Assembly (NCBI GenBank): GCA_965637545.1 | Contig: OZ281500.1 | Span: 5,518,001-5,582,000, forward strand | Reading direction: 5' to 3' | From: Phallusia mammillata | Taxonomy: Eukaryota | Length of the DNA stretch: 64,000 nt | Part shown: positions 25,191 through 39,200 of the stretch, piece by piece | Layout of the letters: every line of letters begins with the position of its first letter | How positions within the stretch are numbered: position 1 is the stretch's first letter | Notes under the pieces: model-generated | Told to the model about the DNA's origin: nothing | Seen by the model: the letters and a program-made list of their open reading frames with translations, nothing else | Databases searched by the model: none | Program-made: the position numbers and the translations under genes

Positions 25191-28100
25191 CAAGTATTAG
25201 AAAACTGTGTTACTTTTATAACGTGCAAGGCTATCTTCGCTTGAAAGTGACAAGTATGTTGCTAAAATGTGTATTTGTTTTCTTTCCCTGTATTTTTTTT
25301 CATTTAAAATTTATTTCATGATAGATGGAACTTAAAAACCTTTTCAAAAACGTTTTTTTCCCTACAGTTATATGTAATGACGATCACAAGGATATATTAC
25401 ATAACTTTAAACGCATCTTTTGGTCAAAGGTCTAGGAAAACTTTATTCAAGAAAACTACAACCTAAATGTGTTACGCGTATGGTTCCAATTGATTTCGGC
25501 ACTGTTTTTGTATGCATTGCATAGCGATCCAGTTTTTTTATTGTTGTTACATTTTTAACAAGTTTAGGCAATCGTGTGTATCATTGTGATTACGAAGCAA
25601 ATACCTTTGCTGCAGCTTTGGATATCAATAAAGTTGATTATTGAGTGCTACATTAGATCGGGGATATTCAAAAGTATCAACAAAATGCAGTTATATGCGC
25701 TGAAAGGTAGTGTTACTACCAGAAGTGGTTACTGCTGGTTGCCTCATTTCCTAGAAAATCGTGAATAAACTACTTGTTGTTAGTGTGATTGCGGCATATA
25801 TTAAAAAGCGCATCTAACAAAAGTCGCTGATTTATGCAAGATTGCCATGCCTATAGGCGCAAAAGTTGCGGTTTTAAAAATGCATGGTTTAATGAAAAAA
25901 ACAGAACTAGATTATGTGCAAATTACAGTACAGCAAATTAGATGTAACAGTACGTTGTCGAAGTAAAATCATAAGTTTGTTAGATGTATGTACTTTCGCC
26001 ACACACACGAAGCAGGACTTGAAACTGAAAATCTAAATTGATATCTCAATGATAACTTGTGCAATCTGAGTGCAGAACTGTGTCTGTGAGTTGACTTATA
26101 TATACAGCAACGATATATGAAATCAATGTATTGGCACAGCTAAAACACAGTTTTTCGGTCCTAGGATTTAAATGCAGGCTTGATGTTTATGGCCTACGTT
26201 CTTACGCGATTTTAAGTGTACGGCGTCACAAGAAAAAAAATGTAAACAGGGATGTTGGAAATCAGCAGTTTCAACTACTTTGAAAACAGAAAATAAAAAA
26301 CTGAATCAGGTACTGCTATTTTTTACTGTTATTTAATCCTAAAGTGTGACCTAAACCGACAGTGTTTTAAACCTCGTTTAGATTTTAGAAGCCCAATTTA
26401 CCACATATGAGTGCCGACTTGTTATTCTTCAACTACAATGCGAATACAAAACCGAAAATAACAGTGGAAGATTACAATTGGGTATTTTCAAAAACACGTA
26501 TTTTAAATTGACGTCAGCACTCGAACTCACGAATTTATCAAAACTTCGGCACGACGTGACTCACGAAATGGAATTCTTACGTTGACTTACACAGGAAACA
26601 CAGCAGCCGAATCGTTTAGGGCAAATATGGAAAGAGCTTTAATGATCTCCGACGTATGCATTGTAATAGCCTTTAATCGACTGCTTTTCACACAAAGCCT
26701 ATTACGTGGGGGCTTTAAGTTTAATCATTAACTCATTTCGAATACAAACACCCCACAAGTGCGACGCATTTGGGCGGGATATTCAGACAGTAAAGTTGGG
26801 AAAATGTGCTCACATACGTTCAACACGTTCTAGTTAGTGTTTTCTTGTGACTTATACATTCAGGAGAGGCAGAAATTGGGTGTTATGTTTCAGTTTTTTT
26901 AAATCAGAATAGATTTAAATCCAAAGAAATGTAACAGTTGATATAAAACTGAGCTACTTTGAACCAAACGTTACTTTATGATCAAGCTTGATGTCAAGTT
27001 CAGGTCTACTGTTTCTAGGGTTGCTACAGCCTCGTAAAAAAGGTAATGAAAAGTACAGCAGCTCAAATGAGATCGGTCGTCCTATCACGTAACACGCACT
27101 GTCAAATGCTATCGATTCGTTTTTGCTACAGTTATTTCGAGTTTTCCAGTCGATAAAGCTTGTTTATGTGTACGGCTTTGTATTCTTAGATAGGATTTCC
27201 AAACGAGCCTCGCGCGGCCAGCCTCGTACATCCCGTGCATTGATGTTGACATTAAATTTGTCTTTTACAATGTGTACCTTTATTTTTCAAGTGTAAATGT
27301 AGACCCTTGTTACGTGTGTTTGCTTAACTAGTTTTAAACTATCTTTGGTACTAGAAAGGGTTGGTTTTTACATTGACAGCAGTATTTTACAGTTGGCAAC
27401 GTACTTCATGTACAGCCAGGATTAAGCTGCTTTAGATGTAAAAATCGGATGTAGTAAGACCGATGCTGCCATTTGCCACATTAGCTATACTGAGTCGATT
27501 CATAAAAATCGATTTGCGCTGGAAAAGGCTCTGATCATTTCGATTTGACAGCGTTCGCCAGCTCACCAATGCAAATCGATGCATAATTCATAACATCGTC
27601 GTTTCGCATTACGAATGGACGATTACACTGCGATATGAGTTTGTTGGAATGGGTCAACCTTTTAGTAACCACAGCTGACAAACATACTGGGAGATAGCGA
27701 TGTGTCAGGAGAAATTGAGTTTCACTGTGTATTCTCTACCCAAGGTCTGCTATTGTTAGGCTTGTTGTAAAATACAGATTCATCGTTTCAGAAATGCTTT
27801 ATATGTGGGCCAAGTCTATAAAAACAGGCAGTAAAGCTACTTAAATTAAAAGTACCTGCGAACAAGCGTGGAGTGAGTGGTTGTCATAATAGATTAAATA
27901 GAACGATAACCTCAGTTATCGGTGATTGAAGTGGTTTAGGTATTACAGTATGGAAAGGATTTGATGTATGGCTAAAAATGTAGTGTGTGTGTATGTTTGA
28001 TCGATTGAAAAGTCCGTAAATATAAGTACACGACTTTCACTAGATTGTAACATGGTGGGGGAAACGAGCACTTATACACCACATCCGTTGGGAAACAAGT

Positions 28101-30258
28101 GTTACAAAGAAACATGTAATTGTTTGCCTAGATGTGTAAGATCCCTATTCTGATGAAACCCAGCCTTAAAAGATATAAAAATGAACTGAAGAAGCTTAAT
28201 GAGATCACAGGCACCGACAAATTGGTGATAAAAAAGCAAATTAGTCTTGAAATTAAAACTCCAAGATTCTTAACTATCAAAAGGGACACGACCTAGTCCT
28301 ATTAAACTGAACAAAACCAATTGCCCTTTGTAACAACACGGGCCCTTCTGAAGTGTCTTAAAGCCCAACTTGAGTGCTTTCAGGGAGAGAAACTGTGAAA
28401 ACAACCGGTCGTTTAGCAATTGATGACTGGCTTTGCATGCGACCGAGTACCTTGAGTGGAGGCTTAGTCGAGTCTCGATGGTGGAGATCAATCCTGGCTG
28501 ACGCTGGGCAGAACAGGAAACGATAGTCCAGTGTTTGAATTGTATTGGCACTAAGGCAGTGTAGATGTCAGTAAAGTGTGCAATTGGTTTGGGCTTAGTA
28601 TGTATAAGGATAGGACTTCTTGAATGGATTGGCGGTTTCACATTTGATGAAATACTCACAAAAGCAAATGTTGGTACAGCACCGAGCTTCGTGCTGTAAA
28701 CGGCAAAGAATAGGGTAAAAGTTATTATTATATCGACATTGCGTCAAAAAATGTAGATATTGTTCGTGAGCAAATCAACAACCCTTTTTCATGCGTTTTC
28801 CCAGGTTACAGACAAAAGCATACCTCGCAGTATTGGGTTGTGTAGCATTGTGCTGGTATAGTTGGAATAAAATTGTATCAAAACACACGCAATGAATGTC
28901 AAACCTCTGAGCATACAGTCAGTGCCAACACGTGAGGCAGATGTAGTCACGAACCGACAGACAACAAATAGGTCCACCCTTTTGCAGCCAAAAGTTAATG
29001 TAGGTGATGTCCAAAAAATACATGTCATCGAGACAAAGTTAAGGTTTTTATGCTACACAGAATTAAGTAAGAAAAGACTATATTGAGGCTTTTATACTAT
29101 ATTGAATTTAAGAAAAAAAATACAAAGTTGAGGGTGTTTTGCTACACAGAAAAAGGTAAGAATGGAAAAACATAAGACAAGCAAAATGATCCTTAAAGTG
29201 GAACTATATGAACAAACTGCAATCTGTACATTTACCTTTCAAAAACAGTTACAGTTTGCGTTGGAAAAGTGGTGAAAGGGCGACTTTTCGCAACAGTTTT
29301 GCCCATACCACAAACTATTGTTGTGTTCTTTTCAGTTAAACGCCTTTCAATCATTGCCCAAGCGTTTAGCCGCGAAGAGTTTGTTTGACTACCAATGAAC
29401 AAACATTTGCAATTATGCCGAAGCTGTTAAGTTAACACTGGTTCCATTGCTGGATGTGACCACAAGCAGTGGGGCGCAAAAAATTGCCTTTTATGGTATT
29501 GTTGGTGACTTTAGGTATTTGGCAAGGGAGTACGACAGGATAAAAGCAAGTGTGTTCATTGAAGTGCGTTTCTTAAACCGTTTATTTGTGTTAGGGTAAA
29601 GTTTAAATCACAAACAGTATTTGATTTGGGTTGTCATGGCAGTAAAGATTAATCGTCACGTGGATAATCATACGTGTTATGCTTGTACTTATTTTAAACG
29701 GGTTGTTGTTGTTTTTTTGATAAGGAAAGACACAGATAAATTGTGACAAGTTGTCAACAAATAAAGTCTCTTGTTTGCAAGTGTGAAAAAGCCTTAAACG
29801 CGAACGCCTGTCGTATTACGAAAGGATACCAGTAAAAGTTGTACGCCAGTTGAAGCACTCGTCTAAAACCAATTCTATATTTTTACAATTTAAAAAAATT
29901 AACTACTACTTTAGTAGCCATGCGATTTTCGCATTAAAAGTGTATCGGAATGCGGCAAAGTAAATAGCTGTTAAAAACGCATAAAAAGCAGAATCGCTAA
30001 CTACAATACAGGCTTTTTCTACATTTTACATTTACGTCAAGCCAAACAAACACGCAGTCCATTAAAAAGGGAGAACGTATTAATCCTATGCTACGCAATG
30101 AAGGTCGCACTTGTCTAGCCTAAGCTGTGGTTTAAATAACATTTTCATCTTATTTGCAGATATAAGTGCTATATTAAACATGGCTTATTAGTTATTAAAA
30201 TAATATTGACAATCTCTTACCTTCAACTCCTGGTGGAAAACAAATTGTTTATCACAAG

Positions 30259-33200
30259 ATGGCGTCATCGAGCTTTGATCTAACAGATCCAGGAGATGGT
30301 GACCAAGGTATTTTCCTTTTTGCAAGCTATGTAGGCTATGTATCAACCATGAAGGTGAAGTGTCGCATCTACAAAGAGTCGTAACAATTTAGAAGCAGGC
30401 TTTTGAAGGCATGTGTACGCAATTTAGGTCTTCTATGCTCCTCACAAAGATATGATTTAGTGTTTTGATACAAATTTGTTCTATTGGTTAAAACAAATGT
30501 ACTATGTCATGCTAGAGATAAATAACTGCATAGTGTGGTCATGTGCACATGTACCTATAGTTAAAAAAACGAATCAATAAACTACTACATGGATAGTTCT
30601 GTTTAATACTGATTTTTACCAACGTACTAAGGAAATATATGAAGGGTCGAAAATCTAGCTATTCTCAGACAATCTTCAATGTGTGTCCAAAACCATTCCA
30701 AACACATTTTACCTAAAAGGTTACATCTTTAATTGTCAACAGTATAAATTTACCTGTGCATATTAAAGCTACTTTGAATATATCATATTACACCATCCAC
30801 TGTGTTTCTTATTACCTTTTAGGCAAAGGAAAAACAAGATTATACTAACTGACTAACTAAATATTACTAATGACTCTAAATTCATTGTAAGTTACACAAC
30901 TCTATGACACTGCCACTCATACTTCTAAAAAGCCGGGTAAAGGTTTATCCTGGCGTCATGCTAATTGATTTATTTGATAAACTGTAATGCTAGTAGCACA
31001 AAACGCACATTGCCTTGAGCACAAAGCGCCGAAAAAGAATTGGAATAGTATGTAATCTCGGTCCCTGTTTATTTTCCAAAAAAGAGTTTTACGATTTTTA
31101 GTTGATAATTTGTTTATTTTGGTAGTATTTTAGCATTGACACGAAGTACAATTTTTTCATTATGTTTTTACCCATTACCTTGCAAGGATTTAGTAAAGTG
31201 TTTACATTAATGTCCAATATCCGAAAAAAAATCATGAATGAATTTTTTTTAGGTGAACGAAAAAAATTCAAGCCCTTTCGTGCGATCAAGCGAATGTTTC
31301 GGGAGGGGAAAAAAGGTGCAAAGTTAAGCAAATCAAGAGGAAACCTGACTGATTTGTCCGATGATGAAGGACCACCTGGGGGATACAGGTAAGCGACACA
31401 AGCAGCCAATTCACCTCAACACACCAAAAACAAACACAATTTATTCTGTCAGATATAAAGGTCCGTACGCAGCCAGTCCGATGAACCGCCGAATCAGTTT
31501 ATCCCATGACAGCATATTTACTCCCGAAGTGGCCAAACTCTCAACCGATTTTCTCCGATCAAATCCGAAAATTGCCGACACGTATCTGGAAAGTTCGGAA
31601 AACAAGCAACAGAACAATGAGTCAACCGAAGTAAAGTCTTCAGTGACGGTAAGTAATTTATTCAGCCCCAATATTTGCGACAAAACTATACTAATACCAA
31701 TCAGAAATAGAAAAAAATATCAACAATCCTTTTCCTATGTAAGAACAAAGGTTTAAAAATTGCATTGACCCTTTGAAAGTGAAACAATGCAGAAACTAAT
31801 AAAATTTAAAGCCAAACAAATTCAAGTTTTGTCATACTGTGGTGTTTTAGAAATTCGATCAAAACTCTGCAATTGCGCAACAGCTGACAATTCTGATCAA
31901 TGGAAATAAAGAGCCGGACGAACAACCCAAATCATCAAAAGATGTAAGTGTTTTAATAGTTTGATTATGGTTTCCTTAAATAGAAAGATATGCGTGACAC
32001 CCACCCACACAACAGTTCAGTATTATCTCAAACATATACAAATGTATGTGTTAAATTGGAAAAACCTTAGTCGGAGTGTTGTTGATTTGGGTCGGTGAAG
32101 AAAAAAAAGAAAAAATGCCATGTAGCATCCCGAGACGGAAATAACAGCACAACTGTACGAAGTTATAAAGCACATACAAGTACAACTAGGTTACAAGTGT
32201 TATGTTACTTGCACTTACAAGAGAGTAAACTAGATGTATTTCACTTACATCGGTCAAGTAATGTGAACGTGCACTGTCCCTTACACAAGAAAAAATGGGT
32301 TTTATGATATTCATGCAGAAAAAAAAATCTATTCTGTTTTGTGCTGTTCAGCTGCTACATGACAAAAAGGCACAGCATTACCGAAAATAGGAAGTTATGG
32401 AGTTAAAAAAAGATTCACAGCAGTGAAAAACGTTTTGTTGAGGTTTCATACCGATTCGGTAGGTTGGGAAATGAGTCTTCGCAGTACACAACCACATAAG
32501 ATTGTTGTGGCATTTAGGCCGAAGTACGTGGCAAACACAAGCCGTTCAGACAAACAACATCGTTCCAAATCCAAGTAAACAACAACTGCGTTTAAGCCTA
32601 AATTTATTTCCGGGACCGAAGTTTACATACGAGCGTATGCATAGTCATACTATAGCAGTAAATATTATGACGTGTGACATCGAGGGATCGTGGCCAACTA
32701 AACCACTGCAGTGTTTCCAAAACAAAAAATGCCGAACAACGTTTGTTTTAGCTGAGCGTATGCGACTTTGAGTTTACCTTTTCGTGCAAACGCATTAAGC
32801 AGTGTTTTTCAACCTCTACCAAAGGTCAACACCTGTTGGAATATTTGACTAATCATTTAAAAACGAACAAGCTACCAAAGGACATAAACGAAAGGAAAAT
32901 GCGATTTGGACAAAACAAAGTTAAAGTTTTGAACAACACCTCAATTGACCCCTTGATTTTCTAATTGCTCCCTTTTGCGGCTTTAGGAAGCACTGGGGTA
33001 GACGGAACTGCAGCAATGCAACAACAGCCAGTCTTATATTTTCTGCAAGAATTTAAACACTTAACGCAGCCAGTGGGACTGTTTTTAGTTTTCACATTAT
33101 GTCTTTAAATTTTATAACAAGGGGAATGGTTTCGGGATGCTTTACAGTTGGTTTAAAACGCTGATAGTCTCGATTATGTTTCTTTAGCACTGGAAATATG

Positions 33201-36200
33201 CTATTAAGGAATACTTTAGGCACAATCAGGTTTAACCTGAGCTTCGTTCTGCTTATTCCTCCATTAACGGATGGCAAATGCGCCTTGGTACGACTTAACG
33301 CTAAAATCGATAGCAATAAACCCGATTAACGTGTCTGGAACGGGCGAATGGTCCAATGCAGCGATGAACTGCGCTGAGGTTGAATGCACTAACGGAAAAC
33401 GGCTGAAGAAATGCAAAGAATACGCAAATGGCTATGTGTGTATCAACCTATTTATTGGCCTGCAACCGCGGTCTTCCGGTTGACGTCAGATGTATTTACT
33501 TGTAAGACATTCAGCGTCTGGTTTTCTGGATAAATCAGCATGAGCGATATGTGTCGTATATAAACAGTCAAGCCAGTATATAAGGAGACAGCAACTTAAA
33601 AAACGATTCCTACACTGCTTTTATATGTGGAAAGGGTCAGAACCTTTACGACATCAAGCAGAGTTCAATAGACTTCCAAAGTTACTTTCAGTTTAGTGTT
33701 TTACAGTGACCAGCGATATTGTGTGTTAATTGGATAAAGTATGCCCACAAACTAACACCGTAACAAGAAGCCGTTTTAAACACACATGTAAGCATTCATG
33801 CGCTTTTAAGGATATTTTTTATAAAATTACCAAGAGTTAGATAGTTTGCATTGACTTAAAAGGCCGGGGTCAATAAAAATGATTTAGATTAAGTTGTTTC
33901 TTCAATGCAAACCTAGTGCTCAGCGGACATAGGTTTCAGTCTTGAGTTCGGTCTTATTGTTCTCTGTGTACACGTGCATACACATCAGCAATGTTGCGTT
34001 CGGTTATGGTCGCTACGATGTGGCAGACTATATTGACCGCAATGATATTTTCGGCTCACTTCACAGTTGTTAGACAAAGATTATAGGAGTCTGCCAGGCG
34101 GAAATCTTTGTTTTCCTAACGTCACAGATAAGTTAAATAGGGTATCGTCAAACAATGTGGCATATGCAGTATATGTCCGATTTGTACCACATATGGTCAA
34201 CGTCGGTGATAAGGCTACAAAAGTAGAAGGGTCAACAAATGTACATGTAACGCCAGATTGCGGTACAGATTTGGGAGTGAGGTTAAACTGTCCAAAAGTC
34301 GGTCATGCCTTGGGGCTAGGTTGTAGCCTCAATAGCTATTTGAATCCGCCTGAAATGTTTCTCTGACGAGGTGTAAGGCGATTATGCTTCAAGCAAGCCT
34401 TATACTGCGGTACACACGGGAAGCACTGCTTTACGAGCAAAGTTGGTAAACAATAAAGGAAGTAATGAATTCAGTTTTGCTTTAAGACGATTTTAGATTC
34501 GTTTATAAGTCAGACGAAGGCATGTGATTATGAAGGCACCAAATTGGGACTTTAAAACGGACATACCTTATCATTAGAATTCCGCCCACCTTAACCGCAC
34601 AGACAGATTTGACCTTGACGTTATGCCACGGTGAAGGGCGGCAGACGCACAATGGATAATTGCTTGAGATTATATTTTGAGATCAATGCATCTGTTTTGG
34701 TCTGGATTTAAAGCGTATACCCAACGTATGAGCTAGCATGCCGTGCACAAAATTGTTTGCTGTTTAATCTGTAGTAACATACGTTATTGCAATAATCGAA
34801 ATGGAATTGCCAGTTGGGCTTTTAACGCCAGAGATATAAGTCCTAAGTCAGTTTGATGCAGTGAAGTTTAATTGAGGAATAAAAAGAGTAAAACAACGGT
34901 ACTTCTAGTCAAGAATTTGGCTTTGTGTATATACACGGGGACTTTAGACAGGTTTAGACAAGGAGTCACTAAACAAACAACACAATGATCTACGTATTTT
35001 CATAAGTTTAAATTATCTTAAAATCATTTTCCTTGTTTATGCGTCACTTGCCATTAAGTTATCTGGCTATGAGGAAAGTTTGGTGACCCCTGATTTATAC
35101 AATAGGCCAAACTTTTCCAGAAATAGCGTGTGCGGCATCATAACTCTCTTGTTATTGTTGTGTGGCCGGTCATATTGACAAACTCCATATACCTATAGGT
35201 CGTTTGTCCACCTCGCTTAGTGACCATGTTGTTTACAGAGCAAGCATCAATCATAACCATACTCTGTTTGCAAAACTATAAAATCCATGTTTTAATGTTT
35301 GTTTTGGCAAAGAGAAAGTACTGAAAAGTTAGGACCGACAACAAGAAAGTTATTTCGTTTGTAAAAAGGAGGTTCTAAATGAGTTCCTAGTTTCTACTAT
35401 CTAACTTAATTGATATAGGATGGTTTTCAATGCAGAAGACAATAAATTGCATCAGGGCGACATAATTTTAGCCATTATTTATTCATATTAATGAACAACA
35501 GGAAATCGCTTCTAAATGAACCTTGAGTATAGACTAGTAAAAGAAAGTACAGGCACCAGACCCTTCTTTTCGGAAAGCGAGCATAAGGAGTCGAATACAA
35601 TGATCTTTTAAGTAAAATAGCTCTGGAACCAAGTAACTTGATTTGATACGATCGCGCATTAAAAAAATGCTGTAGAAAATGCATGTGGGAAGTTGTTGGT
35701 ATCGGAGTTTCGAATTACTTTTATTAAGGTCGATTTTAAGCATCTACAAGGTCAATAAACCTTGAGGGGTAAACTATAGTCACAAGTCGTTATTTGTGTT
35801 GCAGCAAGTGTAAGTGTACGGTAGGCGTACGATTATTACAATGGGTTAGGCCCTGAAACCGTTAGTAAAATTATATTCATAATGCCTCCCAAACGAAGAC
35901 CAGGAAAAGACAAGCCTGCGTCAAAAGCCGAAAACAAATCCAAGAGTGGAATATTCTCGCGATGGCACATGAAGAAACCTCGAGTACCTTTGTCAACATC
36001 CGATCAAAATCTCAATATCCAATCCTCATCTGGATCCAAATCTCGATCCAGAGTTAAAAAGGAATCAATGACTGTAAATGATATCCATTCAAACAGTGAT
36101 GAGCCAAAGGAAAATGCGAGAGATTCTAAAGGCGACCAATCCGCTAAAATGGAAAGTTTGAATTCTAAGACAAAGCGTGGACGGTCTGGTTCAAAGACGT

Positions 36201-39200
36201 TTAAAATGTCGTTAGCCCCGCTTGGCGCTTTTCTTGCCTCGCAAGGCGATAGGTTAAGAGCGGGTATACGACGCAGCGATAGATCAAAGGTGAATGTGAG
36301 GACATGCATATACTTTAGAAATGAATTTGAATAACGACTTGGTACTTAAGCAAATTTTTCAATTAAATATAGTGCTTAAAATGGGGATGTCTATTGTAAA
36401 TCCGACAGCATATAAAATTGCTTAGTTGTTCACTAACGATCACGACAGTTTGTCATGTCTCAGAATACAAAGAAACTAGTATACAACATACACACGACCT
36501 ACAGAGAGTACAACTGTTGGCAAGCAGTTGGAAACTATCACGAACAAACCGTTATGACTCAACTAATATGCACTGCACCATAGATGGATAGAATGGCAGT
36601 ACTACATGTTATGTCGATTAGTTAAAGTGTGTCATTTAAAACTGTTCAAACAAAGTGTTGGGCGTTGAATAAATGTGTTTACTTCGCATTGCAGACAACG
36701 GAAGACACAAAGAAGTCTACAGAAGAGATTGGGACGTCGACAGTTAAAACCATCAACAACAACGAACAGCTTCTTGAAGGTAAATATCGTGTTTTAAAAC
36801 TGTTATTTTTTTGGTAGTATTGCATTGTACTTGTAAATTGATATAAATTAAAACTAAGCGAAACTACGTAGTAGGGAAAACTTTCTTTGTCTCTTCAACG
36901 TCTAATGTAAAAATAATACATGTTAGAAAGTTAGCTTTACGAAATACGTAGTACAAAATATCTCAGCTTTGTGACGGGAATATGCCATTTTAAGGGAAGC
37001 GTCTTTAAAACTCCTCAAAAACGATTATACAAAAAACTTTCAGACGAAATTTTCAGTCGAAAATATCACATAAACACATTTTAGTTTTGATAGTTTTAGA
37101 TAAACATTCGCAGATACAATAAAACGAATAAATTGAAAATAGACAACGGTTGCTATAAGAGTGAAGAATTCGTTTAAGTGAATGGAATTATCAATGGTTA
37201 TTGGCAGGATCATCTTGTATTTTTACGTGTAGGTCAATTAAAATTATTTTCTTACAAAAACCAACAATCGTGAATTATTGTCGGGAAGTCAAAAAGGTTA
37301 CGGTATAGGCCCGTATATGCCTCATATTGAAATACCGCGTTTACAGAATACGCCAAGCGTAGTAACCTCAGGTACTGTTTCTAAGTCAGATTTGTACAGG
37401 TGTGGTGTATATGTGGGCTCCTTTTTATGTTGGCTCGCGAAAGAGAGTCTAAAAAGTCAATTGGTTAGCAGTTCGGTACAAGAAGCATTGAAAACGGGGA
37501 TAGCAACGGGACACACGCAATCGAATCGTAGCAAATGCATTTAATATACAAGATTGCAGAACACGACATCAGTTTGGTTCGTTAAGCCTTTGCATGAAAA
37601 GTCTTCAGAAATAAATATATTTAGCTGTAATAAACGTGATTCTATGAATGTATTAGTCAGAAACAATGAAATGACGGTTCCTTTTATATTGTGGTTTCAA
37701 TCGTACGACGTATACGTTAACGGATATAACTTAAGACTTGAGAACCCTCAGTCAGCAATACGTATTTTTTGACTGCTTTGGTTGTACGATTCAATAAGCA
37801 GGCCATAATACGGCACAATTACCCAGCAACAGTGGGTTATGCGCAGGGCTACTTTCCCACTCATTAAAAGCTCACCGTCGAATTATCACATGATTGTGTG
37901 AACCTAATTGACTTCGCGCGCATTGTTTGGCCAACAGCAGATCGCCAACTACTTACTGCAGTGGTTCTCGACCAAGATTTTGACGTGCTTAGGTGGTACA
38001 TATAAAAGTAAGCAAAATGCCCAATGCATTAGCATAGTCCAGTAGTTCTCAAACTGTGCGTCGCGACGCCCTGGTGCGTCGTTTCAATTTTCCAAGGGCG
38101 TCGCAGAATAGTTCCGTTTCGTGGCTTTTTGTTGTTGTATCAATAAACACTACTTTAATAATATGTTTCCTGATTAACCTTTATTCGATGGTACGTCGCA
38201 AGTCCAGAAAACTTTTCCAGAGGCGTCGCAACAAAAAAAGTTTGAGAACCACTGGCATAGTCTATTATGTTACTAAAAAAGGTATGGGATAATCATATAA
38301 ATGCTTAGGTTTTCTTGGAAGTTTGCTGGTATATATCAGTGCATTACGTGAGTGTTTACGTAAAACTACATCAATTTGCGTGTTACGGTATGTTACTGAT
38401 ACAATTGTCCATGTTGTTCTACGAAGACCTTTGGGTTATCTTTTAGCGTTAAAATGGTTTCTACATTGAAGAGGAACATGAAGTCATTCGCGTTGCCAAC
38501 AGCCCTATCACAAACCCTTTTAAGTCTATACCCTTTAGTCTGATTTCGAAAATCGTGACATTGCTTACTTGCGTAAACTATTCATGACATTGCTGAAATA
38601 GCTCAGTTTTTGATTTCGATTGCCTGGTGGACACAGCCCACGCGACTTTAAACCTCCATGCTGTATTAGGCAAATTCACGATTTGAACAAAGTAATTAAA
38701 AATCAGCACAATAGTACGTCAAGCTAGAGCAGAAGCGCACTTATCGCGAATTTAAAACCCACCTTTGCCGTCCAAGGCCTCTCGATTTTATACAATGGCT
38801 TTTGCCACGGGTGGTGTCACGTGACATTTGACGTATAGGTCATGCGCGATGCGAAATTATGAAACACGATAGTTGGGAAATGCTTTGTTTCCGCACCGTC
38901 ATATTTGTTTCAGCAACAGTGCTCCGCCATTGTGTGAGGTCCCATTCTGTTTAGCGGAAAGCCCTTGTAGTAACCCAACGAGCGTTTGTAAAGTAGAGAT
39001 GGACAGTCCAAGAACAGAACACAGTTTAGTATTTTAAGATTAAGCGTTTGTAACAGGGCTTATGCGAGTAAGGCCAGACATAGGTCGTTTCTTACAAAAA
39101 GTGTCTACAGTCTAGATACCATTGCATTTTAGTATAGAATCGAGGAACGTTTAGCAATTTCGTCCAGTTTCATGCTATGTATTTCATTGAGTTTTTCGCA

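Noticed and set aside
27016-27403. Possible TAGGGTTGC...GGCAACGTA MITE
   Set aside because: Right TIR is degenerate and the flanks do not form a TSD.
27560-27590. CCAAT plus octamer ATGCAAAT plus ATCGAT cluster
   Set aside because: Short motifs are expected by chance in AT-rich DNA and no associated transcript is evident.
28270-28659. 129-aa minus ORF with IYTALV, faintly like a LINE ORF2 C-terminus
   Set aside because: No RT or endonuclease motifs nearby and no splice support; would need a tBLASTn or Dfam search.
34067-34366. 99-aa ORF in a CRACD-like intron
   Set aside because: No recognisable motif and no phase-compatible splice sites identified.
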